DNA of 61,679 nt, the filler included. It is 5 parts of 5 records of this genome, joined end to end, with 100 filler letters (N's around TTAATTAATTAA, not from the genome) between each part and the next. Parts side by side here need not be neighbours in the genome. Positions count along the whole stretch, not along the records: positions 38,840 to 47,713 come from SRR31156797_5241; positions 47,814 to 54,579 come from SRR31156797_5243; 3 more parts are not named here. One strand, written 5' to 3'. The translations under genes and the position numbers were made by a program. The notes beneath the pieces are model-generated. The model made no database searches, had not been told where the DNA came from, and saw only the letters and a program-made list of their open reading frames with translations. Below, piece by piece: positions 41,281-49,613 of the stretch (its first letter is position 1; every line of letters begins with the position of its first letter).

Positions 41281-41304
41281 TTCGTTATTCGCAAAATGAC
41301 GAAC
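41281..41304. promoter_or_regulatory. Putative ArsR operator copy (before the arsE-like gene)
   Basis: TTCGT-TAT-TCGCA-AAATG-ACGAAC. Confidence 0.65.
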
Positions 41305-41322
41305 GATCATTATAAATTTTTT

Positions 41323-41619
41323 TTAGAATTTAAAAAAGTGCTTAAATAAGTGCTGGGCTTCAGCCCAGTTTTCTTTGTTTACACAATATTTAACGCGAGG
41401 TGCTTCAATTTCGCCCTGAATTAAACCTGCATCTTTTAATTCTTTTAAATGCTGTGAAAGAGTTGACTTTGCAATAGGCAACTCGTTACTCAGATCGCCA
41501 CTATAACAACAACTTTGTTTTCCCAGTAACTGCATAACGTATACTCTTACCGGATGCCCCAAGGCTTTAGCGTAACGTGCTATTTTTTGCTGTTCGTCTG
41601 TGAAAATTTGCACTTCCAT
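41323..41619 (-). CDS. arsR: ArsR/SmtB-family repressor
   Basis: AKALGHPVR, CCYSGDL, AKSTLSQHLKELK.AGLIQG, KYC. Confidence 0.92.
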   Translation of the reverse strand: MEVQIFTDEQQKIARYAKALGHPVRVYVMQLLGKQSCCYSGDLSNELPIAKSTLSQHLKELKDAGLIQGEIEAPRVKYCVNKENWAEAQHLFKHFFKF

Positions 41620-41712
41620 TTCCTTTTATTTTTCCTATTCAATCACCTTTTAGCGTTCCTGAATTTAGCCCATTCTCCAATTAGGAGAGATACACATATA
41701 AGAGTGACCTTA

Positions 41713-41736
41713 TTCGTTGTTCGCAAAACTACGAAC
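41713..41736. promoter_or_regulatory. Putative ArsR operator copy (before arsR)
   Basis: TTCGT-TGT-TCGCA-AAACT-ACGAAC. Confidence 0.65.
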
Positions 41737-41978
41737 ACTATTTAAATTTGCAAACTATTTTTTCTTTTTTTTTTGTAAAAAGACTTCTTCAAAAGTCAAA
41801 CCATATAAAATGAAACCTTTGATTTATTTCTAAACCTGGCTAATAACAAGAGGCCTTATCAAATGTCCATTTCTCAGAAAGTCCGTTTTTAAGGATTTTG
41901 GGGTGAATGACCAATTTTGCACCGATAAACGGAAGGGTTAAGTTGGTATAAAATTGTATTGATAAAAGCTCCCCTAAT

Positions 41979-43526
41979 TTATTCCGACACGTAATTTAAC
42001 CACGAAGAATTTTCCGAATAAGCCTCAACAACGCCAACACTATTTTTAAAGTTAAATGTTGCCATTAATTTTTCTACTTCCTGCTGCAGAAAAATTACAC
42101 CTCCATCAATTAATTCTTTCTTAAATCCTTTATTCGCAAGATCCAATACCTGGTTTAAAGAAATTATTCTTCCAACTGCCTTTCCAATTTCCACCAACTT
42201 CCGCTGTGACATTTGCAAATTCAAGTTAAAATCGACCTGCCCCTTTACATATTCCGAAGCTTTTTCAGTTAAATTAAAACCTTTTAAAAATTGAAATAGG
42301 TTTTTCTCATTACTTCGTTTCATCAGCTTAATCAGCGCTTCTGAAATTTGGGCATAAAGAATATCGTTTGATCCTTCGAAAATCTGAAAAGGCCTGCTAT
42401 CGGTAATACCTCTTCCGGCTATGTGGTTTAACTTGTAAGCTTTAGCTCCAACCAGTTGCACAACCGACTGGGCTGCTTCCTGCATTAAATCGGTTATTAC
42501 ACTTTTAACCGCATTGGCCTCCATTCCCTGCGACGACATATCTACATCTAAACCAGCCTTTTCGCTGCTATTGGCACACATAGCCGAACAAATCGTGTAC
42601 GATGCCTGAAGTTTTGACAAACGATGTTGAACCCGATCGTAAGTAAACAAACTCTTTCCGCCCACAAAACGTTGTTCACAGTGTTTTATTCCCTCATCAA
42701 GCATACGCTGGATAAAACCCATTGCCATTCCGGGAAATTGCATTCGGCTCCGGTGCAATAAATCCAGCATCATTTTTACACCAGTGGTATGTGGTACCAG
42801 TTTATGTGCCAAGGGTAATTGAACATCAATGTTATTTCTTCCGTAGGGAATAGCATACAAACCAAGGTTTTCGAAAAACTCTTCAACAACAATGTTTTGA
42901 CCCTGTGCATTTACATCGCATAAGAAAAAATCGATGTCGCGTTGCAGTTTATCCGACTTCGACTTTTGTCGGGCAGAAAGTAACCAGTAATCGGCCCACC
43001 CGGTTAATCCAGCCCAGTGCTTTTTACCCTTCAAGTGGTATCTTTGGCCTTCTTCGATATACGAGCTCTGCATGTTTAAAGCATCACTGCCAAAATCGGG
43101 TTCTGTAATCATTAATCCCCCCATAGCCTTTTCGTTTAAAAAACGGTTAAAAACCGGTGCTTTTACATCTTCTTGACCAAACTTGCCAAAAGGCTGTAAA
43201 AACAAGGCAGAGTTAATGCCAAAGGTTAAAGACAAGGCCAAAGATTCGTAAGAAGCAGCAGCGAGCAAACCAATGTTTTCTTTCATAATTCCCCCCCTAC
43301 CTCCGTAGGCCTTTGGTATGCCAACCGACAGAGGATTTACCGACATTATTTCGCGCATTACAAAAGGCGGAAGCCCTCGCTTTAAAGCCAAATTATTTGC
43401 GTCGGAACGTACCTGAAACACCAGTTTCATTTTTTCTTTTAAGGCTTTTATAAATTCGGGAAATGGGATTACAGCAGATTGCGGGTTAGCAAGGTTCGGT
43501 GATTTACCGGCTTTTATTTCAGTCAT
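41979..43526 (-). CDS. Acyl-CoA dehydrogenase family protein
   Basis: IPKAYGGRG, MITEPDFGSDA, LKGKKHW, QIFEGSNDIL. Start placed at MTEIK (43526). Confidence 0.88.
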   Translation of the reverse strand: MTEIKAGKSPNLANPQSAVIPFPEFIKALKEKMKLVFQVRSDANNLALKRGLPPFVMREIMSVNPLSVGIPKAYGGRGGIMKENIGLLAAASYESLALSLTFGINSALFLQPFGKFGQEDVKAPVFNRFLNEKAMGGLMITEPDFGSDALNMQSSYIEEGQRYHLKGKKHWAGLTGWADYWLLSARQKSKSDKLQRDIDFFLCDVNAQGQNIVVEEFFENLGLYAIPYGRNNIDVQLPLAHKLVPHTTGVKMMLDLLHRSRMQFPGMAMGFIQRMLDEGIKHCEQRFVGGKSLFTYDRVQHRLSKLQASYTICSAMCANSSEKAGLDVDMSSQGMEANAVKSVITDLMQEAAQSVVQLVGAKAYKLNHIAGRGITDSRPFQIFEGSNDILYAQISEALIKLMKRSNEKNLFQFLKGFNLTEKASEYVKGQVDFNLNLQMSQRKLVEIGKAVGRIISLNQVLDLANKGFKKELIDGGVIFLQQEVEKLMATFNFKNSVGVVEAYSENSSWLNYVSE

Positions 43527-43670
43527 AAATGTATTTTTAAACGATGCCTTCTGAATAAGAATGGCCATCGAAACTATTTAAACACATTCTAAAGAAGAAT
43601 GTTCTTAGAAATTAAGATTTCATGATTATATGTCGTGTGCGATATTTTTTTATTAAAAAAACAATAAGCA

Positions 43671-44153
43671 AAGGAAAACAACTTTTATCAATTTAAAGCC
43701 ATCAGTTTGCAGGGCAAAGAAATTGCCATGGACAGCTATAAATGCAAAACAGTACTGGTGGTAAACACTGCCAGCAAATGTAGTTTAACACCTCAGTTTG
43801 AAGGGCTCGAGAAGTTACATTAAAAATACAAAGACCAGGGATTGGTAGTTTTGGGGCTCCCATGTAACCAATTTGCGAATCAGGAACCCGAAGAAGAGAA
43901 ATCCATTTCAGAGGGCTGTGTTATCAATTATGGAGTAACGTTTCAGATGTTCTCTAAAGTTAATGTAAATGGTAAAAATGCACACCCACTGTTTAAGTAA
44001 TTAAAGGAAGAAATAGGGGGATTGTTTGGAAGCCGTATAAAATGGAACTTCACAAAGTTTCTAATTGACGCGGATGGCAAAGCTCAAAAGCGTTTTTCAC
44101 CAACAACAAAGCCCGAGAAAATGGAACGGTATTTAGTAAATTTCATGAAATAA
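43671..44153 (+). pseudogene. Glutathione peroxidase pseudogene (Cys-type)
   Basis: A single 160-codon frame reads [30 protein letters not shown] and IKWNFTKFLID. It has in-frame TAA at 43821 and 43998 and AAG at the expected start. Absent from the ORF track. Confidence 0.9.
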
Positions 44154-44157
44154 AGTT

Positions 44158-44601
44158 AAGGAATATGAACAGTTAAAACTTAGCAACCCGTTGTGTTTTC
44201 CGGTTTACGCAGCTTCGAGACTAATAATACGAGAATATCAGCCTTTGCTCGACAAACTGGAAATTACCTACCGACAATATCTCGTGCTTATGGCACTTTG
44301 GGAAAACAATAATGAGACGGTTAGTTCAATTACGAAAAAACTTATTTTAAACACCAACACCATTACCCCTCTTTTAAAACGTATGCAAACACAGGGATTA
44401 ATTTCCCGTACTCGCTCGGTAACCGATGAACGCCAGGTAAGCATTAAACTAACGGGAAAAGGAAAACAACTACAAACCAATGCAGCTGAAATTCCATTGA
44501 AGTTAATTGAGAAACTGGAACTGCACGAAATGGAACGAAATGAATTGATTGATTTGCGTGATAAATTAAATAAGTTGATTGAATCGATACAAACAAAGTG
44601 A
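44158..44601 (+). pseudogene. OhrR-like MarR regulator, probably decayed (no ATG at the expected start)
   Basis: The frame reads K-EYEQLKLSNPLCFPVYAASR...TITPLLKRM...DERQV. There is an upstream in-frame TGA at 44146 and no in-frame ATG before the sensor Cys. Confidence 0.6.
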
Positions 44602-44726
44602 ACATTAGCAATTATGAAGTGCCCTACCGGCATTTTTATTTTGAGCTTACATTTAATACACCTGGCAATTTGTTAAACCGATTTTTATTAATTTCGCAGT
44701 AGTTTAAAATTAGCTTATACAATCAG

Positions 44727-45722
44727 ATGAAATACCACTTTTTTGCTTTAATTACTGTTTTATTCTTCATTACAGCATGCAATCATTCTCCATCAAAATA
44801 CCTCGTTAATGGTGGCACTATTTATGGCACTTACTACAGTATTAAATACGAAAGCCCGGAGGGGAATAACTTCGAGCAAGAAATTAAAGATGAACTTCAG
44901 CGTTTAACAAATATCTTTTCGCATTACCAAAAGGAAGCGACAATTACCAAAATCAATCAAAATATTCAAACAGAACTGGAACCGGAATTTGTATATTGTT
45001 TTAACAGTGCAATGGAAATTTCGGAGATTACCAAAGGGGCTTTTGATATTACAGCCGGGCCACTGATTAGTGCCTGGGGTTTTGGTCCGGAGGACAAACA
45101 AAAAATAACCCCGGAACTGGTTGATTCCTTAAAAGTACGATGCGGTTATGATAAAATAAAAATTCAGGAAGGGAAAGTGGTTAAGGAAACTCCTGAAATG
45201 ACGATTAACATGAGTGCCATTGCAAAAGGTTATACCTGCGACTTAATGGGCACGTTTTTAAAAGAAAGAGGGTGTGAGAACTACCTTGTAGACATTGGAG
45301 GAGAAGTTGTAGCTAACGGAACGAACGACAAAGGTACAACCTGGGCTATTGGTATTCGAGAACCGATTGAGAATCCTTTTGAGAATGAATTGAGTGCTGC
45401 ACTTTACCTTGAAAACTGTGCCATGGCCACTTCAGGTAATTACCTGAATTTTTATGAAGAAAATGGTAAAAAGTACGCCCATACTATCGATCCAATTTCA
45501 GGCTATCCGGTTCAACATAGTTTATTAAGTGCAACGGTTGTTGCCAACGATTGTATGACAGCTGATGCTTTTGCCACTGCGTTTATGGTGCTGGGAAAAG
45601 ATTTGGCTATTGAAATTACAAGGCAAGTTACGGGATTGGAAATCTATTTTATTTATGCGGATGACAATGGTGAAAACCAGGTTTATATGTCGGAAGGGTT
45701 TGAAAACATGATAAAAAAGTAA
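44727..45722 (+). CDS. apbE: FAD:protein FMN transferase lipoprotein
   Basis: Lipobox TAC; GAFDIT, AIAKGY, VDIGGE, ATSGNY, HTIDP, ADAFATA. Confidence 0.94.
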   Translation: MKYHFFALITVLFFITACNHSPSKYLVNGGTIYGTYYSIKYESPEGNNFEQEIKDELQRLTNIFSHYQKEATITKINQNIQTELEPEFVYCFNSAMEISEITKGAFDITAGPLISAWGFGPEDKQKITPELVDSLKVRCGYDKIKIQEGKVVKETPEMTINMSAIAKGYTCDLMGTFLKERGCENYLVDIGGEVVANGTNDKGTTWAIGIREPIENPFENELSAALYLENCAMATSGNYLNFYEENGKKYAHTIDPISGYPVQHSLLSATVVANDCMTADAFATAFMVLGKDLAIEITRQVTGLEIYFIYADDNGENQVYMSEGFENMIKK

Positions 45723-45782
45723 ACTTATCTGTTTTCTCCGGAACAAGTTTAGAAAGACATAAAAATACCGATCAAAACCGGT

Positions 45783-46019
45783 TTAGTTATCTTGTGCAAA
45801 CTTAAGCTTTTTAAATTGTAATTCTTTTCTTGCATCGCGCTGTGCAATTTTATCTTGAGTGGTAGCACAATGCACTCCTTCTTCTTTTAATCGTTTATTT
45901 CCACCAACATGTGTATTCGGAAACTCACCTTTTTTTACAAAAACAATTCGAATGGCCAATCCCAACATTCCAACTCCTAACAACGCAACGGCCAATAAAA
46001 CCACTTTTAGAACTTCCAT
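45783..46019 (-). CDS. Small conserved membrane protein
   Basis: TM helix then KKGEFPNTHVGGN...GVHCATTQD; upstream TAGTTTTG at 46047-46054. Confidence 0.75.
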   Translation of the reverse strand: MEVLKVVLLAVALLGVGMLGLAIRIVFVKKGEFPNTHVGGNKRLKEEGVHCATTQDKIAQRDARKELQFKKLKFAQDN

Positions 46020-46185
46020 TTCTTTTTCCTTTCATTCTTTGCGGTACAAAACTACTTAATTCCTTCTAACTACCCCTTACTAAATAACTTATTTAACGGT
46101 AAAATGTTGTGGTTCGTCTAAAAGTTTCTCCGTTTTACTCCTGTTTTCTCTACCTTCAAGATCACAAACAAAAAACAATGAAGTC

Positions 46186-46539
46186 ATGGAAAAACACATT
46201 AACATAGTAGCTACATTACAAATTTGTTACAGCATTTTTGGATTAATGATTGCCGGTGCCATATTTATCATTTTTCACCTAGTTGGTGGATTTGTTGATG
46301 ATAACGAAGCAGACTTTGTGCTATCGATTATTGCCAACGTAATTATGGTAATTTCAACCATTGTAAGTTTACCCGGAATTATCGCAGGAATTGGTCTGTT
46401 TAAAAGAAAAGAATGGGCCCGGATTCTTACTTTAGTTCTATCGGTGCTAAACCTTTTTAGTTTTCCCATTGGTACCGGGATAGGCGTTTATTCAATTTGG
46501 GCATTGATTCAGCCCGAGAATGTTGAAGCATTTAAGTAA
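46186..46539 (+). CDS. Hypothetical membrane protein
   Basis: Hydrophobic helices; GIGL.KRKEWAR, FPIGT.IG.Y.IW.L. Confidence 0.75.
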   Translation: MEKHINIVATLQICYSIFGLMIAGAIFIIFHLVGGFVDDNEADFVLSIIANVIMVISTIVSLPGIIAGIGLFKRKEWARILTLVLSVLNLFSFPIGTGIGVYSIWALIQPENVEAFK

Positions 46540-46876
46540 CTGTTAGGAATTATCCCCTAACTTTATCGTAAAAATGAAAACTATAGCCACTTTTTTGCCC
46601 CGTTGCTTTTGCCCATTATTTTGATAACCTGACAACCGACTGGGTAGTATAGAATAAAATTAATCACTTATTGGAAGCCTGTGAGAATGTTCACCAGCAA
46701 GTTCGCGATATCCTTGGCAGATTAAAATTAACCGATACCCAACTCACAAAGAAATATAAAATCACACGATCATAATTTACGACTTACATCGAAAACGCTT
46801 AATTTCGCCCCTAATTACTGTTTAGAGTTCTTTTAAAATTAATTTTTGAACTTTAAACGCTGAACTTTAAACTGCA

Positions 46877-47149
46877 ATGAAACAGTATGAAATAAAAGTT
46901 AACGGGCGTGTACAAGGTGTCGGATTTCGTTATTATACACAACAACAAGCGCGTATACTAAACTTAACAGGATGGGTAAGAAACACCCTCGATGGAGGAG
47001 TAATGGCAATGGTACAAGGACCTGAGCATGCCATTAATACATTGGTGGATCATCTTTGGATTGGTCCTCCCCTTTCAGGTGTTAAAAATGTAACCAAACA
47101 TGAAATGGATGCCTTTGAAGAGTTTTCAGGCTTTGAGGTAAAATTATGA
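46877..47149 (+). CDS. acyP: Acylphosphatase
   Basis: GRVQGVGFRY, GWVRN, GPP. Confidence 0.94.
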   Translation: MKQYEIKVNGRVQGVGFRYYTQQQARILNLTGWVRNTLDGGVMAMVQGPEHAINTLVDHLWIGPPLSGVKNVTKHEMDAFEEFSGFEVKL

Positions 47150-47193
47150 TGCCCGAATTTAGAACGAGGCAATTGATCAACAAACAAAACAAA

Positions 47194-47713
47194 ATGAAAA
47201 AACAAAACTACCATATGACGCCTGACGAATTTCGGAAGGAGGGTAAAAAAATAATAGATTGGATCGCTGATTATTACGAAAACATAGAAAAATACCCTGT
47301 ATTATCGCAGGTAAAACCGGGCGATATTAAAAACTCACTACCCGCATCAGCTCCTTTAAAAGGTGAATCGATTGACAAAATGATGCGTGATTTGGAAGAT
47401 AAAATTATGCCGGGAATTACACACTGGCAGTCTCCAAACTTTTTTGCCTACTTTAATTCCAATACATCTTTTCCATCCATTCTTGGCGATCTGCTTTCTT
47501 CCGGATTAGGGGTTCAGGGAATGATTTGGGCGACTTCTCCTGCTGCCACGGAACTGGAAACACGGGTACTCGACTGGCTGGCAGAAATGATGGAGATGCC
47601 TAAAACGTTCAGGTCAATGTCAAAAGGGGGTGGAGTTATCCAGGATACGGCATCAACTGCTGCATTAACCGCTATTATTGCTGCCCGCGAACGGGCTACC
47701 AATTTCCAATCCA
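47194..47713 (+). CDS. PLP-dependent aromatic-L-amino-acid decarboxylase family, 3'-truncated
   Basis: DWIADY, IMPGITHWQSPNFFAYF, SPAATELE, GGGVIQDTAS. Confidence 0.9.
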
Positions 47714-47813
47714 NNNNNNNNNNNNNNNNNNNNNNNNNNNNNNNNNNNNNNNNNNNNTTAATTAATTAANNNNNNNNNNNNNNNNNNNNNNNNNNNNNNN
47801 NNNNNNNNNNNNN
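47714..47813. other. Artificial contig linker
   Basis: N44-TTAATTAATTAA-N44. Confidence 0.98.
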
Positions 47814-47814
47814 T

Positions 47815-48453
47815 ATATCATTAATATTTCTAATACTTATAGCGATAGTTTTCATAATTTTTAGCTTTAGGGACCTAAATAAAGATCACGTCTGTATAAT
47901 ATTAAACCTTACGAAAAAGAAAGTTGATATAGGTTCATTTTGTGAAGGTGATGAAATTCATTTAAATGGTTTTAATAACCCAAGAATGAAAGAAGAAAAG
48001 AACAGTAAATTCAAATGGATGATGACCAGAGATGATTCTGCCAGCTGTTTTTTCGGAACTTATAGTTTAACAAAAGAAATTGAAGAAAAGGCGAATAGGT
48101 CCGATGAGCTGAAAATTGGAGATTCAAATGTTCATGAATTAGAAAAGCCTACCTTCCCCGAAGTTAAGCCCGACATTGTTGTTTTGGCGCTAAAGGTGGA
48201 GGGTGACCCTGAATCACTTGAGGAAGAAATTGAAGAGATCTTTCTACATTTTCAGACAAATTTTCGTCAACCTGATATTTTCTATATTTATGGAACCAAG
48301 ATCCCGGAAAAGATAAAACTGTTTAAGGACATTGAGATAAATTACCTATCTAATTCTCCTGAACTTCTGATCACCAACCTTACAATTATAAGGAGTAAGA
48401 ATAGAAAGTTGTATCTTAAGAATAATGGAACAAAAAGAGTGCAGGTGAAATGA
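47815..48453 (+). CDS. Membrane-anchored hypothetical protein, 5'-truncated
   Basis: The frame of ORF 47986 is open back to the contig edge (ISLIFLILIAIVFIIFSF...); stop overlaps the next ATG (ATGA). Confidence 0.65.
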   Translation: MSLIFLILIAIVFIIFSFRDLNKDHVCIILNLTKKKVDIGSFCEGDEIHLNGFNNPRMKEEKNSKFKWMMTRDDSASCFFGTYSLTKEIEEKANRSDELKIGDSNVHELEKPTFPEVKPDIVVLALKVEGDPESLEEEIEEIFLHFQTNFRQPDIFYIYGTKIPEKIKLFKDIEINYLSNSPELLITNLTIIRSKNRKLYLKNNGTKRVQVK

Positions 48454-49217
48454 GAACAAGAGAGTCCAAAACGTTTCTCAATATGCATAAAAGGCTAGAG
48501 AATGCGATCATCGATTACGGGATGATAGGTGAGGGCGATCATATTGTTGTTGCACTTTCCGGTGGAAAGGATTCATCAATGCTTTTAAGGTTAATGTCCA
48601 GAAATAAGATCATGGTAAAAGAGAACTTCAAACTTTCAGCTTGTTTTATCAGACAAGGTTTTGAAAACGATAGCGAAAAGGAAGAGTATTTAAAGGCGGT
48701 TTGTAAAGACCTCGGAGTTGATTTTCATATAGTTGAAAGGTCTCTTGAAAAGGATCTCATGGAAAGCTCGGAAAGTAAAAGCGTGTGTTATACCTGCTCA
48801 AGATTTAGAAGGATGGAACTTTTTAGACTTGCTGAGAAGATCGGTGCTGAAACATTGGCTTTCGGTCATCACCGGGACGACTTTATTCAAACGCTGCTTA
48901 TGAATATGTTCCTTTCTTCCCAGATCGGCTCTATGAAGCCAAATAATCCGTTTTTTGGCGGAAAGATGAAACTTATCAGACCAATGGTATATATTCATGA
49001 ATATCAGATAAGAAAAGAGGCGAAAGAGACTGGAATTATGTCTTTCAGTTCAGGTTGTGAGCATAGTCAGCATAACAACAGAGAGTGGGTGAAAGATCTG
49101 CTCAAAGGTCTTTATAAAAAAGACCCTGCAATTAAAAAGTCACTTTTTAGAAGCCTTTTTTCCTGCGATCCTGATTATCTTCTTAAAAAACCTAGAAGTA
49201 ACAGTGTTATAAAATAA
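48450..49217 (+). CDS. ttcA: TtcA-family tRNA thiolation PP-loop ATPase
   Basis: ALSGGKDS, CYTCSRFRR, AFGHHRDD, LIRPM. Confidence 0.85.
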   Translation: MRTRESKTFLNMHKRLENAIIDYGMIGEGDHIVVALSGGKDSSMLLRLMSRNKIMVKENFKLSACFIRQGFENDSEKEEYLKAVCKDLGVDFHIVERSLEKDLMESSESKSVCYTCSRFRRMELFRLAEKIGAETLAFGHHRDDFIQTLLMNMFLSSQIGSMKPNNPFFGGKMKLIRPMVYIHEYQIRKEAKETGIMSFSSGCEHSQHNNREWVKDLLKGLYKKDPAIKKSLFRSLFSCDPDYLLKKPRSNSVIK

Positions 49218-49229
49218 TAAGGAGAGAGC

Positions 49230-49556
49230 ATGAAGAGATGTCCATTTTGTTTTGAAGAGATTCAGGATGAAGCGATCAAGTGTAAGCACTGTAGCGAATT
49301 TCTTGAGCCCATGCTTGTTCCTACTCCAAGAAAAGAAGAGCTTCCGCTCTATTTAAAATCTTCATTTATAATCACGATGATCCTGATAGTCGGACCTTTT
49401 GCACTGCCTTTAATATGGTTGAGACCAAATACATCTATTGGCTGGAAAGTCGGTCTTACTGTTGTTATATCAGTATTTAGTTATTTTCTTATCACAGCAA
49501 CAATGAAATCCGTAGCGATGCTAAGTGAATACTATCAGTTTATGAACAGTCTGTAA
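49230..49556 (+). CDS. Zinc-ribbon membrane protein
   Basis: CPFCFEEIQDEAIKCKHC plus two TM helices; AAGGAG RBS. Confidence 0.85.
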   Translation: MKRCPFCFEEIQDEAIKCKHCSEFLEPMLVPTPRKEELPLYLKSSFIITMILIVGPFALPLIWLRPNTSIGWKVGLTVVISVFSYFLITATMKSVAMLSEYYQFMNSL

Positions 49557-49613
49557 TTTGCTTTAAAGTTATATCTAGTTTATTATTCTAAAGTTGTTTA
49601 CTGGTTTTCGAGG

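Noticed and set aside
43821-44000. In-frame stops in glutathione peroxidase as possible selenocysteine or stop-codon reassignment
   Set aside because: The stops are TAA, not at the active site (which is TGT), and fall at unrelated positions. Neighbouring genes end normally in TAA.
46574-46776. Possible gene remnant between the membrane protein and acyP
   Set aside because: It begins like a signal peptide (MKTIATF) but breaks into short stop-ridden frames with no family I can recognise.
46849-46872. Direct repeat TGAACTTTAAAC x2 before acyP
   Set aside because: Only two units; a common low-complexity intergenic pattern with no spacer structure.
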